From contig CAZSOU010000001.1 of the NCBI GenBank assembly GCA_964608595.1, positions 6,716 to 70,715 on the forward strand: a stretch of 64,000 nucleotides of DNA, in the 5' to 3' direction. Both the position numbers and the translations under genes were made by a program. How positions within the stretch are numbered: position 1 is the first letter of the stretch; every line of letters starts with the position of its first letter. This DNA comes from an uncultured Rhodanobacteraceae bacterium (lineage in GTDB: Bacteria > Pseudomonadota > Gammaproteobacteria > Xanthomonadales > Rhodanobacteraceae). Under the pieces are notes generated by a model. The model was not told where the DNA came from and did not search any database. It saw nothing but the letters and a program-made list of their open reading frames with translations. Of the stretch, positions 31,977 to 41,454 are shown one piece after another.

Positions 31977-32795
31977 TCAGCGGCGCAGTTTGGACAACAG
32001 ACGCAGGATTTCCAGATACAGCCACACCAGAGTGACCATCAACGCAAAGGCGCCGTACCATTCCATGTACTTGGGCGCACCGCGCGCCGAACCCTGATCG
32101 ATCATGTCGAAATCAAGCGCCAGATTCATGGCCGCCAGACCGACCACCAGCAGGCTGAAGCCGATACCCAGCATGCCTGTTTCATGAATGAAAGGAATGT
32201 CCGCGCTGGTGAAGGCACGCAGTCCGATGTCCACCACGTACAACAATGCGATGGCCGCCGTCCCCGCCACGACACAGGTGCGGAACCGGTCGGTCACGCG
32301 AATCCAGCCCGCGCGATATGCCAGCAGCATCACCGCCATGACCGCACCCGTCAGCATGACCGCCTGCAAGACGATGCCGGGAAAACGCAGATTCATGAAA
32401 CCCGAGAAGCCGCCCAGCACGAAGCCTTCGGCCAGTGCATACATCGGAGCGGTGATGCCGGTCCAGCGCGGCTTGAAAACGGACACCATCGCAAGGATGA
32501 ACCCGACGATGAGACCTCCCCACAGCAACACCGAAATCGAGCTCATGGCCTGTGCGGCGGCCTGGGCCTGAATCATTGCCGGACTGACGCCCACGCCGGC
32601 GTTCACGTTTTGCAGGGCGTCGGCAAATGCCGTGGAAAAGCGATGCCACGTCCAGCCGCCGGTAAGAACCGCCAGCACCAGCAACAAGGCGGTCTTGCTG
32701 ACGGTGCCATTGATGGTCATGCGTTCCTGGACGCCGCCGGTGGCATGGGCGCTCTGGAAAGCGTCGTTGTTGAGAACGGGATTGGTCGATTGCAC
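31977..32795 (-). CDS. Bax inhibitor-1/YccA-like integral membrane protein
   Basis: GTG 32795 preceded by AGGA; seven hydrophobic segments; charged C-terminal LRLLSKLRR. Confidence 0.7.
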   Translation of the reverse strand: MQSTNPVLNNDAFQSAHATGGVQERMTINGTVSKTALLLVLAVLTGGWTWHRFSTAFADALQNVNAGVGVSPAMIQAQAAAQAMSSISVLLWGGLIVGFILAMVSVFKPRWTGITAPMYALAEGFVLGGFSGFMNLRFPGIVLQAVMLTGAVMAVMLLAYRAGWIRVTDRFRTCVVAGTAAIALLYVVDIGLRAFTSADIPFIHETGMLGIGFSLLVVGLAAMNLALDFDMIDQGSARGAPKYMEWYGAFALMVTLVWLYLEILRLLSKLRR

Positions 32796-32953
32796 GTCGT
32801 GTTCCTGCTTGAATGGAAAACCGGCTCCTGCACGACCGCGTCCGTGGTACAGGCGCACCACGGACGCGATCAATCCTTGCTGTCGCCTGCGTCGACGCCG
32901 TCAATGCACCGGCAGCAAACGAGGATTCCTCAAATGGTAACAGCCCGCCCGGT

Positions 32954-33565
32954 TCAACGGGATGTCAGGTCGTTTTTCAACCAGTCCCTGGTGGCGTCAT
33001 CCGGACGGCCCAGCCAGGTGAATTCGGCCTGATCACTGATACCGGCATCCGCACCGGGAGACGGGTCGTTCACGAGCACGCCCTGCATGCCGTGGTTTTC
33101 GTCATCGTAAAGCAGCACGATTTTCTGACTGGGGCAGTCATGCGGCTTGCAAGCCTGGGCTTCCAGCAGCGATTTGCCGTCGACCACCACTCGTTTGGCC
33201 GGCGTGGACGTGCCACCTTTGCTGATCCACGACGGCAACTTGTCGGCGCCATCCATGGAAGCGAACGCCACCGCGAAATCCGGTTGCTGCATCAAGTCGT
33301 GCAGATACTGTCGGCTCGGCTCGCTGCCGGTCACTTCCATCCCGCCGCTGTCCTGCGTGGTAGCGGTCGCCGCCGGCGTGGAAACGGCAGCCTTTTGCGC
33401 CGGGTCCCGCGGGCCGTGTTCGACTGCCGTACTGGCCGCCACGGCGGCGCTCGATGCCGAATGCTCACCCCCTTGCTGACCGGATTGTCCGGAACACGCT
33501 GCCAGCGCGGTCGCGGCCAATGCCATGACGATCATGCCGGACAGGGTCTTGGCTTGTTTTCCCAT
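32954..33565 (-). CDS. ivy: Ivy-family (inhibitor of vertebrate lysozyme) lipoprotein
   Basis: Lipobox LAACS, a low-complexity linker, then the Ivy inhibitory-loop motif CKPHDC (LLEAQACKPHDCPSQKIVLLYD). Confidence 0.8.
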   Translation of the reverse strand: MGKQAKTLSGMIVMALAATALAACSGQSGQQGGEHSASSAAVAASTAVEHGPRDPAQKAAVSTPAATATTQDSGGMEVTGSEPSRQYLHDLMQQPDFAVAFASMDGADKLPSWISKGGTSTPAKRVVVDGKSLLEAQACKPHDCPSQKIVLLYDDENHGMQGVLVNDPSPGADAGISDQAEFTWLGRPDDATRDWLKNDLTSR

Positions 33566-33663
33566 CGATGGTCTCCCTCAACAAGTGTGCGCCAACGGTA
33601 GCGCCCGCAAACTGAATGAACGGCAAGGATGTGGAGCAAACGTCAAGACCGCAGCCGACATCA

Positions 33664-34401
33664 TCACCGTGCTTTTTTCACATGCAACAACTGGATGTCG
33701 AAAATCAGTGCTTCATTGGGGCCGATACGCGGCAGCTCACCCCGCACACCGTAGGCCTGAGCCGGCGGAATGAAGACCTTCCAGCGCGCGCCCTCGTGCA
33801 TGCGCGGCAACACATCGCGCCAGCCCGGCAGCATCTTCTCCACGGCATAGGTGACCGGCTTGCCGTGCGCCCAGGAACTGTCGAATTCCATGCCATTGAT
33901 AAGCGAGCCGCGATAATTGATGACCACGACGCTGTTTTTCCCGGGCATCGCGCCCTGCCCCTTCTCAAGCACTTTGTACTGCACCCCCGACGGCAACGTC
34001 ACGACACCTGATTTTTTCGCGTTTTCGCGCATGAACTCGGCACTTTTGCTGGCGTTGCTGCGCGCCAACTTGCGAAACGACGCCAACGCGCGTTGATGCA
34101 TCTGCTGCCCCAGCGTGTGCAGTTGTTCGCGCATGGTGTGCGCGGGGACGCGGGGAGAGTGATGTTCGTAGGCATCCTTGACGGCCTGCACCAGCGTGGC
34201 GATGTCCACCGCCGGATCGCCATCGGCGAATTCGCTGCCGAAGCGGTAACCGATGGCGTACGACACATCGTGACGGTTGAGCTCCGACGTCTGCTTCACC
34301 TTGGCGTTGCTGTCTCGTTTGGTATTCCCGGTAGTCGCCTGCCCGGCCAACGCCAGGGTCGGACACGCAACACACAACAACAATGTGATGGCAGCTTTCA
34401 T
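33664..34401 (-). CDS. FKBP-type peptidyl-prolyl cis-trans isomerase (FkpA/Mip-like), secreted
   Basis: Signal peptide MKAAITLLLCVACPTLALA, an N-terminal dimerisation helix region, and an FKBP domain GVQYKVLEKGQG...VINYRGSLINGMEFDSS...LIFDIQLL. Confidence 0.9.
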   Translation of the reverse strand: MKAAITLLLCVACPTLALAGQATTGNTKRDSNAKVKQTSELNRHDVSYAIGYRFGSEFADGDPAVDIATLVQAVKDAYEHHSPRVPAHTMREQLHTLGQQMHQRALASFRKLARSNASKSAEFMRENAKKSGVVTLPSGVQYKVLEKGQGAMPGKNSVVVINYRGSLINGMEFDSSWAHGKPVTYAVEKMLPGWRDVLPRMHEGARWKVFIPPAQAYGVRGELPRIGPNEALIFDIQLLHVKKAR

Positions 34402-34513
34402 TCCTGACACGGTTTCATGACTCGAATGTGCTTGCAAACATGAGAGCACCAGAGGCGGCAAAAGGTTCCCGGCTGATACCATGGCGCCGATACCCTCAAT
34501 GGAGTTGCAACCC

Positions 34514-35296
34514 ATGGCCTACCGCAACATCGAGGTCGCCAACCGCGGCGCCGTTCGCACCATCACCGTCAACCGGCCGGACAAGCTGAATGCGCTCGAC
34601 CGCGCCACCCTGAACGAGCTGACCATCGCCTTTCAGCAAGCCGGCCTCGATGACGCCGTACGCGCGGTCGTGCTGACCGGCGCCGGTGACAAGGCCTTCG
34701 TGGCAGGCGCGGATATTGCCGAAATGAACGGTTACACGCCAGTCCAGGCACAAGGCTTTTCGGAAACCGGACAGCGACTGATGTTGACCATCGAGCGTCT
34801 GGGCAAGCCGGTCATCGCCCGCATACCCGGCTTTGCGCTCGGCGGCGGCATGGAACTGGCCATGGCCTGTCACCTGCGCATTGCCAGCGAAAAAGCCAGA
34901 TTCGGTCAACCCGAAATCAGTCTCGGTCTGATTCCGGGTTTCGGCGGCACGCAACGCCTGGTACGCCTCGCCGGGCGTACCGCCGCTCTGGAACTGCTGC
35001 TGACCGGCGCGCCGATCAAAGCCGCTCGTGCCGCCGAATTGGGCATCGTCAATCGCGTGGTGGCAGTCGATCAACTGGACGAAACCGTCGACGCCCTGGC
35101 CGATCAATTGGCAGCCGCCGCCCCGTTGGCCGCGGCCGGGATTCTGGATGCCGTGTTGAATGGCGGCGAATGCAGCATCGACCAGGGCTTGCACTACGAG
35201 TCACGCAATTTCGCGCTGGCGTTTTCCACCGAAGACATGCAGGAAGGCACCACGGCCTTTCTGGAAAAGCGCAAGCCCGAATTCAAGGGCGTTTGA
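34514..35296 (+). CDS. Enoyl-CoA hydratase/isomerase (crotonase) family protein
   Basis: ITVNRPDKLNAL, FVAGADIAEM and GFALGGGMELAMACHLR motifs. Confidence 0.9.
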   Translation: MAYRNIEVANRGAVRTITVNRPDKLNALDRATLNELTIAFQQAGLDDAVRAVVLTGAGDKAFVAGADIAEMNGYTPVQAQGFSETGQRLMLTIERLGKPVIARIPGFALGGGMELAMACHLRIASEKARFGQPEISLGLIPGFGGTQRLVRLAGRTAALELLLTGAPIKAARAAELGIVNRVVAVDQLDETVDALADQLAAAAPLAAAGILDAVLNGGECSIDQGLHYESRNFALAFSTEDMQEGTTAFLEKRKPEFKGV

Positions 35297-35333
35297 CAGC
35301 TTTTCCCTGCCCGCATGTGCGGCCGGTGCGAGA

Positions 35334-36521
35334 TCACGCCACCTCGCCGGCCGCACGACCCGACGCCCAGGCCCACTGGAAGTTGTAGCCGCCCAACCAG
35401 CCGGTGACATCGACCACTTCGCCGATGAAAAACAATCCGGGCACGAGCTTCGACGCCATGGTGCGCGAGGAAAGGCCGTCGGTATCGACGCCACCCAGTG
35501 TGACCTCGGCGGTACGGTAGCCTTCGGTTCCGCTGGCAATCATGGGCCATTCGTGCAAGCGGCTTTCGATGCCGTGCAATTCGGCATCCGGGTACTGTCG
35601 CATGGGTCGCGACCCGAGCCAGCCATCGCAAAGCCGTTGCGCGAGGCGTTTGGGCACGATGCCCGCCAACACGTTTTTCAATGACGTATCGGGGTGCATC
35701 CGGCGCTGAGCCGACAGCCAACCGGGTTCCAGCGTCGGCGCCAGATCCACGCGCAACGTTTCCCCCGGTTGCCAGTACGACGAAATCTGCAGCACCGACG
35801 GGCCGCTGATGCCGCGGTGCGTGAACAGAAAACCCGCGCGAAACGATTGTCCGCCTGCACGCGTTTCCACCAGCGGCAGGCCGACCCCCGCCAGATCCGC
35901 GTGCTGAGCCAGATGTTTGCCGCTCATGGTCAACGGCACCAAGCCTGCGCGCGTGGGCCGCACGGCATGACCGAATTGCTGCGCCAGCGCGTAACCGAAC
36001 CCGGTCGCACCCATGCGCGGAATCGACAAACCGCCGGTCGCCACCACCAGTGACGCGGCTCGCATCTCGCCGCGCGAGGTCCCGAGAACAAAACCGTCAT
36101 CGCACGGGTCGACCGTTTGCACCTGACAGGAAACCTCCACCTGCACCTGCGCCGCGGCGCACTCGTCCAGCAGCATGCGCACGATCAGCTTGGACGATTC
36201 ATCGCAAAAAAGCTGCCCCGGTTCCTTCTCGTGCCAGGCGATGCCGTGGTTGTCCACCATGGCGATGAAATCCCACGGTGTGTAACGCGCCAATGCCGAT
36301 TTGGCAAAATGCGGATTCGACGACAGGTATTGATCCGGTGTCACACCCAGATTGGTGAAATTGCAGCGCCCGCCACCGGACATCAGGATTTTCTTGCCGA
36401 CCCGGTTGGCATGCTCGACGACACATACGCGCCGCCCGCGCCGCCCGGCCGTGATGGCACACATCAGACCGGCCGCGCCGCCGCCGATGATCAGTACATC
36501 CCAGGCCACACCGTCAGCCAT
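35334..36521 (-). CDS. NAD(P)/FAD-dependent oxidoreductase, HI0933/YhiN (BaiN-like) family
   Basis: DVLIIGGGAAGLMCA dinucleotide motif, KILMSGGGRCNFTN, and C-terminal GGYNFQWAW. Confidence 0.85.
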   Translation of the reverse strand: MADGVAWDVLIIGGGAAGLMCAITAGRRGRRVCVVEHANRVGKKILMSGGGRCNFTNLGVTPDQYLSSNPHFAKSALARYTPWDFIAMVDNHGIAWHEKEPGQLFCDESSKLIVRMLLDECAAAQVQVEVSCQVQTVDPCDDGFVLGTSRGEMRAASLVVATGGLSIPRMGATGFGYALAQQFGHAVRPTRAGLVPLTMSGKHLAQHADLAGVGLPLVETRAGGQSFRAGFLFTHRGISGPSVLQISSYWQPGETLRVDLAPTLEPGWLSAQRRMHPDTSLKNVLAGIVPKRLAQRLCDGWLGSRPMRQYPDAELHGIESRLHEWPMIASGTEGYRTAEVTLGGVDTDGLSSRTMASKLVPGLFFIGEVVDVTGWLGGYNFQWAWASGRAAGEVA

Positions 36522-37353
36522 CGGCGCGATAAGCCTTCTCCCCGGCCGTCACCCGCAACGCCAGACGGTTTTCCGGCGGCGCCATGGGGCAGGTGGCAAA
36601 CGCGGTGAACACGCATGGCGGGTTGTACGCCTTGTTGAAATCGAGCACCACGCGGCCGTCACGCGGCTCCCCGGTGTAGAGGAACCTTGCCGCGCCGTAG
36701 GTTTCCCTGCCGCTGGTCTGGTCGGCGAAAACCAGAAAATATTGTTTGTCCTCGGGTGATTCGATCACCGGCAGAAGCTCGCATCGCTCGCCGTCACGTT
36801 CGAACACCGCATGACCCGCGACAGGATGACTTTCGATGGTGCCGATGGCGGTCCCCATCTCCAGCACCTCGCCGGCCGCCGCCGGTCGCCATTCGGCGTC
36901 GATGCACCAGGTCGGGTCGATCGGGAAATAATCCAGGCCCTTGAATTGCTCACGCGTCGCGGCGTGGGCATCCTTGATACGCAAACCGACCCGGTCACCG
37001 CGCCTGACCAGAAAAAAGCTGATGTCGCCCGCACTGACGATCGTCGGTTCCGGCTGATCATCGTCAAGCAATGTCGCGCGTTGTTGCAGCTTGTCGTCGA
37101 TACGAGCTTCACTGCTCTCGACAAGCTCGATCGTGACCTCGCCGTTTTCACCCATGCAAACCGTACCGAAATGTGCCGGCAGCCCCGCCACGACAATGGC
37201 GTTGTCGGCGGCGCTGCCGATGGTGTTGTCACCCGGCTCCAGCCACGGCAGGCCGACCAGTGTCAGCCAGCCGTCCGGTGCAGTGAGGCGCTTGAGACGT
37301 CGGTCACGCCAGCGTTCGATGTCGGCGTCGAGGGATGCGGTGGTATGAGACAT
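36514..37353 (-). CDS. DUF1684-family protein
   Basis: IERWRDRRLKRLTAPDGWLTLVGLPWL N-terminal pattern as I recall it for DUF1684. Its 3' end overlaps the downstream start by 8 nt. Confidence 0.65.
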   Translation of the reverse strand: MSHTTASLDADIERWRDRRLKRLTAPDGWLTLVGLPWLEPGDNTIGSAADNAIVVAGLPAHFGTVCMGENGEVTIELVESSEARIDDKLQQRATLLDDDQPEPTIVSAGDISFFLVRRGDRVGLRIKDAHAATREQFKGLDYFPIDPTWCIDAEWRPAAAGEVLEMGTAIGTIESHPVAGHAVFERDGERCELLPVIESPEDKQYFLVFADQTSGRETYGAARFLYTGEPRDGRVVLDFNKAYNPPCVFTAFATCPMAPPENRLALRVTAGEKAYRADG

Positions 37354-37410
37354 GGCGAATCGTGCATGGAACGGAATGCACCAATCTATCGCAGCGACAC
37401 ATGCTTTGTG

Positions 37411-37497
37411 TAGGGAACCTCGAAAAACCACGGATCATCGGAGTTTCCTGTGGGAGGGGTAGCTCCACGGTGCAACGGTTTTTCGACGCTCCCTGCA
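37411..37497. repeat. Nested-palindrome repeat, short copy B (outer arms only, ~87 bp)
   Basis: tagggaacctcgaaaaaccacggatcatcggagtttcctgtgggagggg|tagctccacggtgcaacggtttttcgacgctccctgca. It aligns with copy C but lacks the ~62-bp inner hairpin. A REP-like unit abuts it at 37494-37525. Confidence 0.8.
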
Positions 37498-37539
37498 GAA
37501 GCGCATCTCTCACAGTGGGATAAAGAATGTTGGCGACTA

Positions 37540-39369
37540 TCAACGGCCGCGCAGGAACAGGCGATCCAGTTCGTCCAGGCGCAGCTGCACCCAGGTGGGA
37601 CGGCCGTGGTTGCATTGGCCGGAGCGCTCGGTGGCTTCCATGTCGCGCAGCAGGGCATTCATCTCCGGAATGGTCAAGCGGCGACCGGCACGTACCGAAC
37701 CGTGGCAGGCCATGGTCGAAAGCAATTCGTTTTCCAGTTCTTCCAGACGTCGCGAATGGCCATGTTCGGCAAGCTCCGCCAACACATCACGGGCGAGTTC
37801 GCTGGCATCCGCGCCTTCCAGCAACGACGGAATACGCCGGATCACGACCGAGGACGGGCCACTGCGCGACAACTCCATGCCCCACTCGCCCAGAGCATCG
37901 GCATATTCCTCGGCGGCGGCGGCCTCGCGGCTGGACACGGAAACCGTCAGCGGCACCAGCAGCATCTGCGAGCGCAGGTTGCACGAATCGCGCCCCGCCT
38001 TGATGCGCTCGTAGGTGATGCGCTCGTGCGCCGCATGCATGTCCACCAGAATGAGCCCATGAGCATTTTCGGCCAGAATGTAGATGCTTTTCAGTTGTGC
38101 GAGTGCATAACCCAGGGGCGGCACTTCGCCATCATCCGCGGCGGCTTCCGCGGCGGATGCGACGGCCGTCGGTTGCCCCGTCAGGGCCGCGTATTCGCCC
38201 AGGGGTGCGTCACGCACGCCCAGCGACAACGCTTTTTGCGGTTGCCAGGCGCCGCCACGGCTGCCGCCCCCGTGACCACCCCGCGCCGGCATGCCCGGCG
38301 GCTCGGGCGCCGTCGGCGCGCGCAGCCCTTCGGGCAGTTTGCCTGCCGGCAACGAGGTGACACTGCCGGCGCGGGTATCGGCCAGCGCCTCATGCAGATT
38401 GCGGAACAAAAAGTCGTGCACCAGGCGCTGCTCGCGGAAGCGCACCTCATGCTTGGCCGGATGCACGTTGACGTCCACACCGGCCGGATCCAGTTCCAGA
38501 AACAGCGCAAACACGGCATGCCGGCCGTGATACAAGACGTCGGCATAAGCCTGGCGCACGGCATGTGCCACCACGCGGTCACGCACCATGCGTCCGTTGA
38601 CGAAGAAGTATTGCTGATCGGCCTGAGCGCGCGACGCAGTCGGCAAGCCGACCCAGCCGGACAAGCGCATCCCGGCGCCTTCCTGTTCCACACGCAGACT
38701 GCGTTCGGGAAATTCCGACCCCAGCACTTCGGCCACCCGCGCCAAGGCGGATGCCTGATCGCGCGCCGCCTTGTACAGACGCAATGGCTTGCCGTTGTGG
38801 CTGAGCCGAAATTCGACGTCGGCGTACGCCAGCGCCAATGTCTTGACGAGGTCGTCGATGTGGCTCATCTCGGTGCGTTCGGTGCGCAGGAACTTGCGCC
38901 GCGCCGGAACGTTGTAGAACAGGTCGCGCACTTCGATGCTGGTACCCGGCGGATGTTGCGCCGGACACGGTTCGCCGATGCCGTGGGTGCCGGTCTCGAT
39001 ACGCATGGCCATCTCGCTGCCAGCCGGCCGCGATGTCAGTGTAAAGCGCGACACCGACGACACCGACGCCAGCGCCTCACCGCGAAACCCCATGGTGGCG
39101 ACGTGTTCCAGATCATCGAAACTGGCGATCTTGCTGGTCGCATGCGCCGCGACCGCCAACGGCAATTCGGCCGCGTCGATGCCCTTGCCGTTGTCGCGCA
39201 CACGCATCAGCCGCGCACCGCCGGCTTCGATATCGACTTCGATGCGCGTTGCCCCGGCATCCAGGCTGTTTTCCACCAGTTCCTTGACCACCGAGGCCGG
39301 CCGCTCGATGACCTCGCCGGCGGCGATCTGGTTGACCAGTTCGGTGGGAAGCGGACGAATGCAGGCCAT
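37540..39369 (-). CDS. mutL: DNA mismatch repair protein MutL
   Basis: GHKL ATPase motifs [25 protein letters not shown] and DNGKGI, plus a C-terminal dimerisation domain. Confidence 0.95.
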   Translation of the reverse strand: MACIRPLPTELVNQIAAGEVIERPASVVKELVENSLDAGATRIEVDIEAGGARLMRVRDNGKGIDAAELPLAVAAHATSKIASFDDLEHVATMGFRGEALASVSSVSRFTLTSRPAGSEMAMRIETGTHGIGEPCPAQHPPGTSIEVRDLFYNVPARRKFLRTERTEMSHIDDLVKTLALAYADVEFRLSHNGKPLRLYKAARDQASALARVAEVLGSEFPERSLRVEQEGAGMRLSGWVGLPTASRAQADQQYFFVNGRMVRDRVVAHAVRQAYADVLYHGRHAVFALFLELDPAGVDVNVHPAKHEVRFREQRLVHDFLFRNLHEALADTRAGSVTSLPAGKLPEGLRAPTAPEPPGMPARGGHGGGSRGGAWQPQKALSLGVRDAPLGEYAALTGQPTAVASAAEAAADDGEVPPLGYALAQLKSIYILAENAHGLILVDMHAAHERITYERIKAGRDSCNLRSQMLLVPLTVSVSSREAAAAEEYADALGEWGMELSRSGPSSVVIRRIPSLLEGADASELARDVLAELAEHGHSRRLEELENELLSTMACHGSVRAGRRLTIPEMNALLRDMEATERSGQCNHGRPTWVQLRLDELDRLFLRGR

Positions 39370-39454
39370 GGCGCACCTTCGGAAAACAAGGTGCACAGGA
39401 TACGCGAGTGCGTCACGACATGCCCGTCGCCACGACGCGGGCCCGGGGACCGGT

Positions 39455-40837
39455 TCAGCTGGCCGGGATGGTGAGCACGGACCCGGCGCGGATGGAACTG
39501 CCGTCCATGTCGTTGGCCGATTTTAGCGCCCGCACGCTGACCCCGTAGCGCTGCGCGATGCCGGACAGCGTGTCGCCGCGGCTGACGCGGTACTTGCCGC
39601 CCGCCGTGGCCAGCCCGTGCTCGTGGCGCCGGGCCTGCAGGGCGAACCAGGTGCCCTGCGGCGGCGTGGTTTCGAAATACTTCTTGACCCCGCTCAGGAT
39701 CGCCCCGGCCAGCTTTTTCTGATAGGCCGGGTCGCGCAGCTTGCGTTCGCCCACCGGGTTGGTGATGAAGGCGGTCTCGACCAGAATCGACGGCACGTCG
39801 GGAGAGCGCAGCACCACGAAATTGGCGCGCTCGATGTGGTCACGATGGGTCGGTCCCAACTTGGCCAAAGCGTGCAACACGTTTTTGGCGATGTTGCTGC
39901 TGGCGCGAATGGCGTAATTTTGCTGCATGTCCAGCACCACGGACGCCAGTGTATCGTCCATGTCATCCAGCGACGCGCCCCCGATCAGGTCGGAGCTGTT
40001 CTGGCGGTGGGCCAACCAGCGCGCGGCTTCGCTGACCTTTCCGTGCGTGGAAAGCACCCACACCGAGGAGCCTTTCGCGTCACTCGACTTGAAAGCGTCG
40101 GCGTGGATCGAGATGAACAGATCGGCGTTGTCCTTGCGTGCAATCTGGTAACGCTTCTTGAGCGGCACGTAGTAATCGCCCTTGCGGGTCAGCACGGCCT
40201 TCATGCCGGGCTGCTTGTCGATCAGCGCCGCCAGTTTCCTGGCCACATCCAGCGTGACATTTTTTTCTTTGGTGCCACGCGGGCCGTGCGCGCCCGGATC
40301 ACGTCCGCCGTGGCCCGCGTCCACGGCCACGATGACCTTGCGCGCGCCGTGCAGCAATTTGGCGGCGTTCGTCACGGCCTGGCGCTCGCTGACGTCAGCC
40401 ACGTCGCTCGAACCGGCCTTCGATCCGGCCCCGTACAAATCGACCACCAACCGGTACCCATGCCCCTTGTTGGGCTTGAGCAGAAAACTCTTGGGATGCG
40501 CCGATCCGGCCAGATCCAGCACCACGCGCGCGCCGTGCTTGCCGTGACGCCCCGTACGAATGTCCTTGAGCAAACCGGTCTTGCCGGGCGATTTGAAATC
40601 GTCACCGACCGAGCTGTCACTGAAATCCAGCACCACACGGCCCGGATCGGACAACTGGAACAACTTGTAGGTCACCGGCCCGGACAAATCGATGACCGTG
40701 CGTGTACGTGTGGCATTTGTCGACACGCGCACCGCCTCGAGATCGGTCGCATGCGCCGGGCACGCGACAGCCGCTGCCGCCAGGACGGCGCAGATCAGCC
40801 AGATCGCAATGTGATGCAAACCCCTCATGAGGCGCAT
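39455..40837 (-). CDS. amiB: N-acetylmuramoyl-L-alanine amidase (AMIN domain + Amidase_3 + C-terminal LysM)
   Basis: [22 protein letters not shown], and Lys[28 protein letters not shown]. Its position between tsaE and mutL matches E. coli amiB. Confidence 0.9.
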   Translation of the reverse strand: MRLMRGLHHIAIWLICAVLAAAAVACPAHATDLEAVRVSTNATRTRTVIDLSGPVTYKLFQLSDPGRVVLDFSDSSVGDDFKSPGKTGLLKDIRTGRHGKHGARVVLDLAGSAHPKSFLLKPNKGHGYRLVVDLYGAGSKAGSSDVADVSERQAVTNAAKLLHGARKVIVAVDAGHGGRDPGAHGPRGTKEKNVTLDVARKLAALIDKQPGMKAVLTRKGDYYVPLKKRYQIARKDNADLFISIHADAFKSSDAKGSSVWVLSTHGKVSEAARWLAHRQNSSDLIGGASLDDMDDTLASVVLDMQQNYAIRASSNIAKNVLHALAKLGPTHRDHIERANFVVLRSPDVPSILVETAFITNPVGERKLRDPAYQKKLAGAILSGVKKYFETTPPQGTWFALQARRHEHGLATAGGKYRVSRGDTLSGIAQRYGVSVRALKSANDMDGSSIRAGSVLTIPAS

Positions 40838-40994
40838 TGATACTGCAAAGTCGACGTCATTGCAAGAACCTATTTCCCTTAGTAATCCACAACCTGCGGC
40901 GACTTTATCAGGATTCGGTCAGAAAGTTGAGTCAAGCATGCGTTTTGCATGAGGGTTCCCGGTTTTTGGCGAATTTGCGCTTTCGCTTGAATTT

Positions 40995-41450
40995 TCAGGC
41001 AGATAAGTGCGCGAGAAGCGTTTCGCCACGCGTGCCGCACGCTTCCATTCGCGCCACGCGTCCATCCCCGGCATGGGCAAGATGCAGGATCACATCCGCA
41101 TCCGGCAAGGCGCCGGTGCCGTGTTCGGGCCATTCCACCAGCACCAGCGCACCCGGCTCGATAAGCGCATCCAGACCCAGCCATTCCAGCTCACCGGGGT
41201 CGGCGATGCGGTACAGGTCCAGATGCCAGGCGCGCCCGTCGGGAATCGGATACGACTCGACCAACGTGTAAGTCGGGCTCTTGATGCGCTCGCCCACGCC
41301 CAGATGACGCAGCAACGCACGGGTGAAGCTGGTCTTGCCGACACCGAGGTCGCCGTCCAGGTACATCACCAGATCGCCGTCGAGCGCCTCGGCCACGCGT
41401 CGAGCCAGGATGCCGGTGGCGTTTTCGTCGGGCAAATCGAAGCGGAGCAT
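40995..41450 (-). CDS. tsaE: tRNA t6A37 biosynthesis ATPase TsaE
   Basis: P-loop GDLGVGKTSF, SPTYTLV, HLDLYR. Confidence 0.9.
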   Translation of the reverse strand: MLRFDLPDENATGILARRVAEALDGDLVMYLDGDLGVGKTSFTRALLRHLGVGERIKSPTYTLVESYPIPDGRAWHLDLYRIADPGELEWLGLDALIEPGALVLVEWPEHGTGALPDADVILHLAHAGDGRVARMEACGTRGETLLAHLSA

Positions 41451-41454
41451 GTGA

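Noticed and set aside
37450-39474. 674-codon plus-strand ORF opposite mutL. The same issue applies to 16723..17910, 41557..42954, 54159..55724, 59827..61122, 61498..63183, 25736..26764, 27086..28267, 30570..31847 and 31890..33032.
   Set aside because: Each lies antisense to a gene with clear family motifs and has an Arg/Gly/His/Gln-rich, motif-free translation.
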